From positions 20,127 through 84,126 of the forward strand of contig JBKEAR010000039.1 of the NCBI GenBank assembly GCA_047972425.1: a DNA stretch of 64,000 nt. Direction: 5' to 3'. Under the pieces are notes generated by a model. That model searched no databases and was not told the origin of the DNA. It saw nothing but the letters and a program-made list of their open reading frames with translations. This DNA is from Alphaproteobacteria bacterium (GTDB lineage: Bacteria > Pseudomonadota > Alphaproteobacteria > JBKEAR01). The position numbers and the translations under genes were made by a program. Numbering within the stretch: the first letter of the stretch is position 1; every line of letters begins with the position of its first letter. This document shows positions 52,919 to 60,934 of the stretch, one piece after another.

Positions 52919-55060
52919 TTACGTTGATAAACTTCGGGGTCGTGTAATATGCATGATATTCGGTGATTGGCTTAATTGTTCTCTGATTTTATTAAGATGG
53001 CGTAAAGAATGAACATGGATATCTAAAATAACATCGCGATTATCCCCACCTGAAAGGGTTAAATCGATATGTTCAATATTAATCTGATTTTGTGTTAATA
53101 TAGAAGTGACATCATTCAGTGAGCCTAAATTTTCTTTTATTGTTAATTTTAAGCGCGCAATATATTCATGGTTTTCGCTTTCTTCGTTCCATGCAATATC
53201 ATGCCAGTGATATTTGGGGCCATCATTATTATCAAAATGGGCAAGTTGATGACAATCAATCGAATGCACACTTAATGTTTGCCCGGGCATTGATATGCCA
53301 ACAATACGGTCGCCCGGTAACGGATGGCAGCAATTACTAAAAGTAATAATTCCTTTAAACTTCCCATTAATCGGCATTTTATAGTTATCTTCATTCGATA
53401 CAAAATCTAAAGTTTCACTTTCGGTTTGGCCTTCAAGCTCTGGATGTAAAAACCATAAAACTGCCCTTGTATCTAGCTCCCCTTTACCAATTGCACTAAA
53501 TAAATCCTCTTTGGCAGGAAAACGAAAATGTCGTATCGCTTTTTGAAGCTCTTCTTGCGAAAAATTTTGTTGCGCTTGAGAAAAGGTTTGAAATAACAAG
53601 CCATGGCCAATCTCGGCATATTTTTCGCGATTATTCAACCGCCAAAATCGCCGAATGCCGGAGCGTGCCGAACCTGTTTTAACCAAAGGTATCCAACTGA
53701 CTTTGGGCTTGGTAGTATCATCGGTAAGAATTTGGACTTGCTCGTTATTATTCAATTGGTGTAAAGGCCCAACCTCGATACCATCAACAATAGCACCCAC
53801 ACATTTATCACCAACTTCACTATGCACAGCATAAGCAAAATCAATGACTAAAGCCCCTTCTCTTAATTGAATAATATCCCCCTTAGGTGTAAAGCAGAAC
53901 ATTTGGTCTCGGAACATTTCCATGCGTGTATGCTCTAAAATTTCCTCGGTTGTGAGGCTTTCTTTCATAATATTAATCAGCGAGCGTAAACCCAAATATT
54001 CATGTACTTGCGGTTTACCATTTTGCTTGTAACGCCAATGTGCCGCAATACCATGCTCGGCAATTTCATGCATCTCAAAGGTGCGAATTTGCACTTCAAT
54101 ACGCTCCTTACGCGGGCCGATTAAGCTAGTATGTAATGATTGATAACCGTTGGGTTTAGGGTTGCTGATAAAGTCTCTAAAACGGCCTGTTCGGAACTTA
54201 TAGCCCGATGTATGTAATGCCCATAAGGCACGATAACAATCCTCTACCGTATTCACAAAAATCCGAAAAGCAACAATATCCCAAATCTCTGAAAATCGGA
54301 TTTTTTGGGTTTGCATTTTCTTCCAAATACTATACGGCTCTTTAAAGCGCCATTTAATCTCGGCATCTATTTGGTGATTACTTAATGTATCGACCAAGCC
54401 ATTTTCTATACGGATAATATCATCATCGCCTCGTGATTGAATAAATTGAATACGTGCTTCAATATTCTCCCATGTTTTGGGGTCGATATATTTTAAGCTG
54501 GTATTTTCGAGCTCACTTTTAAACTCGTTAATCCCAATACGCTCGGCTAAAGGCGCATAAATATCTAAAGTTTCTTTGGCAACCCGTTGTTGTTGCTCTG
54601 GCTGGGTAAAATTGAGCGTACGGATATTATGCACGCGATCGGCTAACTTTACCAATAATACCCGAATATCACTTGCTGCGGCTAAAATAAGTTTACGGAA
54701 ATTCTCGGCTGCTTTTTCTTCTTTTGTTTCCGTATTAAAGTGATATTGGCTTAATTTTGTAACAGCTTCGACCATTTGGGCAATATCTTCTCCAAAATAT
54801 TCAACCAAATCTTCATAACTGGTATCGGTGTCCTCAATTGTATCATGCAACAACCCCGTACAAATTGTATCAACATCGCAACCGAAATCGGCCAATATGC
54901 CCGCAACCTCTACCGGATGATGAAAATATGGATCCCCAGATTTTCTTTTTTGGTGCCCATGGGCTTTCATAGCATAAACATAGGCTTTATTTATAAGGTT
55001 TTCATCGGCATTGGGGTTGAATGCTTTAACCTTTTCCACAAGTTCGTATTGGCGGAGCAT
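52919..55060 (-). CDS. spoT: Bifunctional (p)ppGpp synthetase/hydrolase (Rsh/SpoT)
   Basis: 713 aa; HD hydrolase (HHPVEVA..HD), synthetase domain, TGS and ACT. Confidence 0.9.
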   Translation of the reverse strand: MLRQYELVEKVKAFNPNADENLINKAYVYAMKAHGHQKRKSGDPYFHHPVEVAGILADFGCDVDTICTGLLHDTIEDTDTSYEDLVEYFGEDIAQMVEAVTKLSQYHFNTETKEEKAAENFRKLILAAASDIRVLLVKLADRVHNIRTLNFTQPEQQQRVAKETLDIYAPLAERIGINEFKSELENTSLKYIDPKTWENIEARIQFIQSRGDDDIIRIENGLVDTLSNHQIDAEIKWRFKEPYSIWKKMQTQKIRFSEIWDIVAFRIFVNTVEDCYRALWALHTSGYKFRTGRFRDFISNPKPNGYQSLHTSLIGPRKERIEVQIRTFEMHEIAEHGIAAHWRYKQNGKPQVHEYLGLRSLINIMKESLTTEEILEHTRMEMFRDQMFCFTPKGDIIQLREGALVIDFAYAVHSEVGDKCVGAIVDGIEVGPLHQLNNNEQVQILTDDTTKPKVSWIPLVKTGSARSGIRRFWRLNNREKYAEIGHGLLFQTFSQAQQNFSQEELQKAIRHFRFPAKEDLFSAIGKGELDTRAVLWFLHPELEGQTESETLDFVSNEDNYKMPINGKFKGIITFSNCCHPLPGDRIVGISMPGQTLSVHSIDCHQLAHFDNNDGPKYHWHDIAWNEESENHEYIARLKLTIKENLGSLNDVTSILTQNQINIEHIDLTLSGGDNRDVILDIHVHSLRHLNKIREQLSQSPNIMHITRPRSLST

Positions 55061-55145
55061 TAGTATTTTTGACTTTCATTCATTAAAAAAAAGCTACCCT
55101 ACAAATATAGAATAGCTTTTTTTTTAAATCAAATTTATTGATAAT

Positions 55146-55595
55146 TTATTCTTCAACTTTTATATCGGCATCATCATCAAAATCATCCGGAAGCTGATCA
55201 GCTAGCGCCTCTAATGCTTTAGCAAAATCTTCATCAAAGCTATCATTTTTCGATTGTGCATCTTTTGCTTCTTCTTCAACTTTATCGCTTACAATACCGG
55301 CCTCTCGTTCAAGATCTTTTAATAGGCTTTCTTCTTCGGCGTCGTCTTTTCCAAAAGGATCGTCCGATTTTACATAGCGTTGTGTTGTGCGAATGAGATC
55401 GTGCATTAACTCACCAGCATCTTCTTTATCTTCAGCAATTTCCCTAAGGGCGATTACCGGATTTTTGTCATTGTCGCGGTCAACCTTTGGTTCCACACCC
55501 GATGATAGTGCACGGGCACGTTGAGCCGCAACCAAAACAAGATCAAACCGATTTTCGACCTTTTCAATACAATCTTCTACAGTAACACGAGCCAT
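55146..55595 (-). CDS. rpoZ: RNA polymerase omega subunit with long acidic C-terminal tail
   Basis: [28 protein letters not shown]. Confidence 0.85.
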   Translation of the reverse strand: MARVTVEDCIEKVENRFDLVLVAAQRARALSSGVEPKVDRDNDKNPVIALREIAEDKEDAGELMHDLIRTTQRYVKSDDPFGKDDAEEESLLKDLEREAGIVSDKVEEEAKDAQSKNDSFDEDFAKALEALADQLPDDFDDDADIKVEE

Positions 55596-55671
55596 AGTTT
55601 AGAAAATCTCCAATAATTTAAAAACAGAACAAGTAGAATAATCAATTTAGCATCAATTATCAATAGTTAGT

Positions 55672-56211
55672 TTATGATAAACTGGCTTTTTTATAAATTT
55701 GAATATCATCTGGGTTATAATCAAGCTTATCGGCATATTCTTTACATGTTAATTGGGTGTTTGGGATAATGAGATTAGGAGCTATTTGTGCTAAAGGAAT
55801 TAAAACAAAATAGCGCTCCAAAATACGCGGATGCGGTATGGCAATATCTTGTAAAGTATCATGATTTTCGGTTGTATAATCATTCCATATTAATAAATCT
55901 AAATCCAATGTTCTATCCCCCCAACGCTCATTGCGTTCTCTGCCAAAATAAGCCTCTATCTTATGAAGCTCTTGTAGAAATATTCGGGGGTTGGTTGTAT
56001 AGGGTTCTACTTGTGCCACGGCATTAATATAAGCTGGTTTGTAAGAATCTGGCCAAGCCGTTGTTTGATACCAGTCGGATGTTTGTATTATTTGGCAAAT
56101 ATGATTTTTCTCTAAATAATCTAAAGCTTGCTGGCAGGTCTGATATTTTGTCGATTTATCGTGAATATCTAGGTTTGCACCAATAGAAATAATAATCAAA
56201 AATAACCTCAT
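55672..56211 (-). CDS. folK: HPPK (2-amino-4-hydroxy-6-hydroxymethyldihydropteridine diphosphokinase) FolK
   Basis: IGANLD N-terminus, RWGDRTLDLDLL, HPR motifs. Start ATG 56211; the track start at 56250 adds 13 non-conserved residues. Confidence 0.75.
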   Translation of the reverse strand: MRLFLIIISIGANLDIHDKSTKYQTCQQALDYLEKNHICQIIQTSDWYQTTAWPDSYKPAYINAVAQVEPYTTNPRIFLQELHKIEAYFGRERNERWGDRTLDLDLLIWNDYTTENHDTLQDIAIPHPRILERYFVLIPLAQIAPNLIIPNTQLTCKEYADKLDYNPDDIQIYKKASLS

Positions 56212-56307
56212 TTCATAAAATATGCTTGCAGAATTGTAAAAATATGACAATAAATTAAGATTATATATTAAATTAAATTATTATTAAAATTATTTAGGTG
56301 AAATATT

Positions 56308-56946
56308 ATGTATATTAATAAAAAAGAAAAAACCGCTATTTTTATTGATGGCTCTAATTTATATACCACAGCTCGTGTATTGGGTTTTGATTTAGATTAT
56401 CAAAAATTACTTAAATTCTTCCAAAAAGAATGTAATTTGGTGCGTGCTTATTACTATACGGCTTTATTAGAAGGCCAAGATTATTCTCCTTTACGCCCAC
56501 TAGTGGATTGGTTGGATTATAATGGTTATAGCATGACAACAAAATCGGCTAAAGAATATACCGATAGCAATGGTAAAAGCCGAATTAAAGGTTCGGTAGA
56601 CGTGGAACTTGCTGTGGATGTTATGGAAATTGCCGATAAAGTAGATCATATCATTTTATTTTCAGGCGATGGTGACTTTAAGCATTTGATTGCCGCCGTA
56701 CAGCGTAAAGGTGTAAAGGTTACGGTTATTAGTACGGTTCGTTCTCAGCCAGTTATGGCTGCCGATGAATTACGCCGGCAAGCTGATTATTTTGTCGATT
56801 TACTCTCTATAAAAAATATTGTTGCACGCAAAGCATCAGGTAACGCACAAAATGAAAATTCTACAAAAAAAATTGATGAAGAACTCAATGATGAAATTCT
56901 AGCCAATCAAGATTCAGGTATTGATTGGGAAAATGAGTTTGAATAA
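56308..56946 (+). CDS. NYN-domain (LabA-like, PIN-related) protein
   Basis: AIFIDGSNLY..ILFSGDGDF NYN motifs; AGGTGA RBS. Confidence 0.7.
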   Translation: MYINKKEKTAIFIDGSNLYTTARVLGFDLDYQKLLKFFQKECNLVRAYYYTALLEGQDYSPLRPLVDWLDYNGYSMTTKSAKEYTDSNGKSRIKGSVDVELAVDVMEIADKVDHIILFSGDGDFKHLIAAVQRKGVKVTVISTVRSQPVMAADELRRQADYFVDLLSIKNIVARKASGNAQNENSTKKIDEELNDEILANQDSGIDWENEFE

Positions 56947-56966
56947 AAAGTAACGGAGTAAAAATT

Positions 56967-57572
56967 TTGGAAATTATATGCTTAGATATGGAAGGTGTTA
57001 TTGTTCCTGAAATTTGGGTGAATTTTGCCGAAAAAACAGGAATAAAAGAGCTGCGCCTAACGACAAGAGATATTAAAGATTATAATGAGCTTATGGATTA
57101 TCGGTTAAAAATACTTAACCAACATGGATATAAAATAAAAGATATCCAAGATGTTATTGCAACACTTAAACCATTTGATGGTGCAAAAGAATTTTTAGAT
57201 TGGATAAGAGAAAGAACCCAATTGGTTATTCTTTCGGATACATTTAGTGAATTTGCAAAACCATTAATGGTGCAGCTTGGAATGCCAACACTTTTTTGCC
57301 ATGAACTGGAAATTGCCGATGATGGGCAAATCACGGATTATAAATTACGTATGAAGGATCATAAAACCCATGCCACAAGAGCTTTTCAGAGCTTAAATTT
57401 TGATGTTTTTGCCGCAGGTGATTCGTATAATGATACAGGTATGCTAAAGCAGGCTCAAAAAGGTGTTTTATTCCGTGCGCCACAAAATGTTAAAGATGAA
57501 TTTTCTCAATTTAAAACTGCCGAGACTTATGAAGAAATGAAAGATATAATCTCAACATTTTTAGAAAGATAA
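56967..57572 (+). CDS. thrH: HAD-superfamily phosphatase, ThrH-like (phosphoserine phosphatase / homoserine phosphotransferase type)
   Basis: MEIICLDMEGVIVPEIW..ILSDTF..AAGDSYNDTGML closely parallels the Pseudomonas ThrH sequence (recollected from memory). TTG start 9 nt after GGAG. Confidence 0.6.
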   Translation: MEIICLDMEGVIVPEIWVNFAEKTGIKELRLTTRDIKDYNELMDYRLKILNQHGYKIKDIQDVIATLKPFDGAKEFLDWIRERTQLVILSDTFSEFAKPLMVQLGMPTLFCHELEIADDGQITDYKLRMKDHKTHATRAFQSLNFDVFAAGDSYNDTGMLKQAQKGVLFRAPQNVKDEFSQFKTAETYEEMKDIISTFLER

Positions 57573-57578
57573 TCATTT

Positions 57579-58718
57579 ATGGCAAAAGACCCCTATTTGG
57601 AACAAATAAAAAATAAAGCACAAAAGATGGAGCTTTTGTTGCGGTATATACCATATCCGCCTTTAAAAGTTCGTTTATTGCGTTATTACACGCGACTATA
57701 TAATTTTGATAAGGTTTCTGAAATTTTATCGGAAATACCCATTCGCTTTCCTTATAATTCTAACGATCGCTTTCAACTTGCATTTACTTGCTATAAATTG
57801 AACCAATTTAAAAAAGCTAAAGAATTATTACAGCCTTATTTTCCCGATAAAATCAACAGGGAAAAACTGGTATCACCCCATGCAAAAGGATTAAGCCTTA
57901 CGCATAAAGAAAGACTAATTCTTTTAGCCGCTCGGTTTCATATTCAAGAGGTTTATCAAAATAAGGGTATAACTATAGCATCAGATGTATTTAACGATGT
58001 TCAAGATTTGCTGGATAAAGTTATCGTTAAGCGTATTAAAGCAAAAAAACAAACAGATGATAGCCCGAAAACGGCATATATATTAAATTCGTTAAATGAT
58101 TTTATTAAAAATATAAAAAATGCCACTTCGGTCGCTATTATTGGTAATGGGCCAAACTTATTGAATAAAAAGCTTGGCAAAGAGATTGATATGCATGATA
58201 TTATTGTGCGTATGAATTTTTTTCATACCAAAAATTACGAGCAAGATACTGGAATAAAAACGGATATTTGGGTAACAGGTGCAAACGAAGCCTATGTTGA
58301 TAAACAATTAGATCAGACACCCAAAAATATATTATCTATTTTAAAATCATCAGGACTTCAAAATAAAACTACCTTTTTGCCAACAATCGAAAAAATTGAA
58401 GAAAGATTAAGGCAAGCATATACAGATTTTATTACGATACCTGCTGAGCAGCAAACTCTGGCTGAAGTGAAATGTTTAACTGAAACTCCATCAACCGGAA
58501 TGCGCTCTATTAGTTTTATGGTAAATATTTGTAATAAAAATGTCGATTTATACGGGTTTGACTTTTTTAGCACAACAGCGCATCATTATTACGATGTTAA
58601 TCGCCCGCTCGGAAAAGATTTTAAAGATAGAAAAATGTGGTATGTAGGGCATGATTTTTCTTGGGAGGCTATTTATGCACAAATACTAGCTTATCAGAAA
58701 AGAGCAAATATTTTTTAA
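57579..58718 (+). CDS. GT29-like (eukaryotic-type sialyltransferase family) glycosyltransferase, paralogue A, with N-terminal helical domain
   Basis: L-motif VAIIGNGPNL..LGKEIDMHDIIVRMN..YEQDTGIKT; S-motif PSTGMRSISFMVNICNKNVDLYGFDFF; motif III HHYYD; VS GHDFSWE. No signal peptide or TM. Confidence 0.7.
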   Translation: MAKDPYLEQIKNKAQKMELLLRYIPYPPLKVRLLRYYTRLYNFDKVSEILSEIPIRFPYNSNDRFQLAFTCYKLNQFKKAKELLQPYFPDKINREKLVSPHAKGLSLTHKERLILLAARFHIQEVYQNKGITIASDVFNDVQDLLDKVIVKRIKAKKQTDDSPKTAYILNSLNDFIKNIKNATSVAIIGNGPNLLNKKLGKEIDMHDIIVRMNFFHTKNYEQDTGIKTDIWVTGANEAYVDKQLDQTPKNILSILKSSGLQNKTTFLPTIEKIEERLRQAYTDFITIPAEQQTLAEVKCLTETPSTGMRSISFMVNICNKNVDLYGFDFFSTTAHHYYDVNRPLGKDFKDRKMWYVGHDFSWEAIYAQILAYQKRANIF

Positions 58719-58729
58719 GGAATATTCTA

Positions 58730-59803
58730 TTGAGAATAAAAGATAAATTTAAATTTGGTTCTGCATTTTTGCAAAATCGCTTTTTCCCAACCGAAAAAAG
58801 TATTTATCGGGCATCGCAATATTTTGTCAAAACAAATGATGTTAATGGATTTGATAATTTTTTGAGCAAAGTTGATCCGCAATTATTTCATCGAAAAGAG
58901 TTTTATTATACATATTTTTTAATTATGTCTCTTAAACGGAAAAATTTGAGGTTATATCAAAAATTTATTGAGACAAAAAAAAATATCAAAATACCTGAGA
59001 AACAGCATTTTCGTTCTTATCCGTATGATTTATTTTTGGCAGAGCAACGGCAATCTATTATGCAAATAGATACAGTTTCAGAGGCAGCATCTTCTTTTGT
59101 TTATTTACAAAAAAATCAACTTAATGATTTTTATCAAGATATCGTTTCTCACTATACAGTACCAAAAGAATATTTACCTTATGAAAAAAATTATAGGGAA
59201 TTTATTACAAAAATTTCACCCAATACAAAAATTGCCGTTGTGGGGAATGCGCCAAGCTTAAAAGAAAAAAAACTGGGTAAATTTATTGATAGTTTTGATA
59301 TTGTTATTCGGGTTAATAATTATTTAGTTAAAGGTTTTGAAGAATTCACAGGTAAAAAAACCAGTATATGGATGAGTGGTAATACACGCCGATATGAAGA
59401 TGAGAATAATTTACCTAAAATGGATATGCAGGTTATCATTACCCCTTCTTCTTGGTATTTTCGGCGACATGATCATCATGGACATATTAGCCATTTATTT
59501 GAAGGCAATGTGAAAAAAAATGTACCAAACGCTTTAATCCTTCCCTATGCTGTAATGATGAAAAATGAATGTATGGCGTTAATGATGAACCCTACAACGG
59601 GAATGAGAGCCATATTATGGGCATTATCAATGACGGATGAACCTGTAAATATTTTTGGATTTAATTTTTTTCAGGATACAGAAAATATCTATTATTATGG
59701 AAATCAAAATGTTCCTCTTGTGTGGAAAGAACAACATGATCTGGATTGGGAAAGAAAATTTATTGATATTCAGGTTTTCAATAATAAAGTGATTTGGCAT
59801 TAA
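58730..59803 (+). CDS. GT29-like glycosyltransferase, paralogue B
   Basis: IAVVGNAPSL..LGKFIDSFDIVIRVN, PTTGMRAILWAL, NIFGFNFF, YYYG, QHDLDWE. Start set at TTG 58730 (AAGGAA 7 nt upstream, directly after the A stop); the track ATG 58661 would overlap A by 58 nt. Confidence 0.55.
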   Translation: MRIKDKFKFGSAFLQNRFFPTEKSIYRASQYFVKTNDVNGFDNFLSKVDPQLFHRKEFYYTYFLIMSLKRKNLRLYQKFIETKKNIKIPEKQHFRSYPYDLFLAEQRQSIMQIDTVSEAASSFVYLQKNQLNDFYQDIVSHYTVPKEYLPYEKNYREFITKISPNTKIAVVGNAPSLKEKKLGKFIDSFDIVIRVNNYLVKGFEEFTGKKTSIWMSGNTRRYEDENNLPKMDMQVIITPSSWYFRRHDHHGHISHLFEGNVKKNVPNALILPYAVMMKNECMALMMNPTTGMRAILWALSMTDEPVNIFGFNFFQDTENIYYYGNQNVPLVWKEQHDLDWERKFIDIQVFNNKVIWH

Positions 59804-59804
59804 A

Positions 59805-60932
59805 ATGGGCAATAATAAAGAACTTAAAAGTCAATTTTATCATCTAGCATATAAATTAACGAAATCCGATAAATATGCACAAAAGATACTAAAATATTTG
59901 CTGCCATTAAGGGATGAACAGAAAGTATCGGTATTTCTGAATGAGCTAAAACACAAGCAGATGAAAGATCCACAACTTTTATATCATGCAGCCTCTACAA
60001 TGCATCGTATGGGTAAAAAAGAAGATGCTCTATCGATATTGGATAATCACGATGTAGGCAGATATTATGCCGAAGATATTATGGACTTAGATTTTTCTCC
60101 GCGACTTTCGTTATTTTTGCTTTCGGAACGCGTAAAGATTTATAATGATTATATTGATGGTAAAAGAGATAATGCCTCGGTCTATTATATGCATCTTATT
60201 GATACATATATTAAAAAAACTATAAGTGACTTACAACTATTATCACTTAATGATCATCATAATTCGGTTGTAGAAGCCAATAACCATAAATACCAAATTC
60301 TTTCGGTAAAACTTAAACAGCTCTATAACGAGGGTAAAACTTTTGCCATTGTTGGCAATGGGCCATCTTTAAAAAACAAAAATTTCGGCGAGCTGATAGA
60401 TTCCCATGATTATATTATCCGAGTGAATTATTATAACCTGAAGGGTTATGAGCAAGATGTTGGTTCTAAAATTAATTTATGGGCCACAGCTGCGAGCCCT
60501 GCTTATAAAGGATTGCAAAAGGATACTGAGCCAGAGGATATTGTTTGTATTTTAGGCCGTGGAAAATCTGCTAGAAAAAATAATGAATTACAGACAACAA
60601 TTAGCCGGGCTGCTGCGGGTTTAGAGCTAGATGCGAATGACTTTATGATGATGGATCATATCACCCAAATATCTACGGAGTTATATTCCTTATATCGCAC
60701 CCCTTGTACAGGTTTTCGGGCGATTATATGGATAACTCAAATATTAGATATTAAAGCATCAATTTTTGGTTTCGACTTCTTCCAAACAACCAATACACAT
60801 TATTACGATAAAGAAGTAAAAACCCATCAAAAGCATGGGGCCGAAGGTAAATGGTACTCTAACCATGACTTTAAATGGGAAAATTGTTTATGTGATATCC
60901 TTGATTATCAAGGGAGGTTAAAGCGGTATTGA
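59805..60932 (+). CDS. GT29-like glycosyltransferase, paralogue C
   Basis: FAIVGNGPSL..FGELIDSHDYIIRVN..YEQDVGSK, PCTGFRAIIWI, SIFGFDFF, THYYD, NHDFKWE. ATG 2 nt after the B stop. Confidence 0.7.
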   Translation: MGNNKELKSQFYHLAYKLTKSDKYAQKILKYLLPLRDEQKVSVFLNELKHKQMKDPQLLYHAASTMHRMGKKEDALSILDNHDVGRYYAEDIMDLDFSPRLSLFLLSERVKIYNDYIDGKRDNASVYYMHLIDTYIKKTISDLQLLSLNDHHNSVVEANNHKYQILSVKLKQLYNEGKTFAIVGNGPSLKNKNFGELIDSHDYIIRVNYYNLKGYEQDVGSKINLWATAASPAYKGLQKDTEPEDIVCILGRGKSARKNNELQTTISRAAAGLELDANDFMMMDHITQISTELYSLYRTPCTGFRAIIWITQILDIKASIFGFDFFQTTNTHYYDKEVKTHQKHGAEGKWYSNHDFKWENCLCDILDYQGRLKRY

Positions 60933-60934
60933 TA

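Noticed and set aside
58661-58729. Track start of paralogue B at ATG 58661 (58-nt overlap with paralogue A)
   Set aside because: The RBS-preceded TTG at 58730, immediately after the A stop, is more parsimonious. Kept as an open question in findings.
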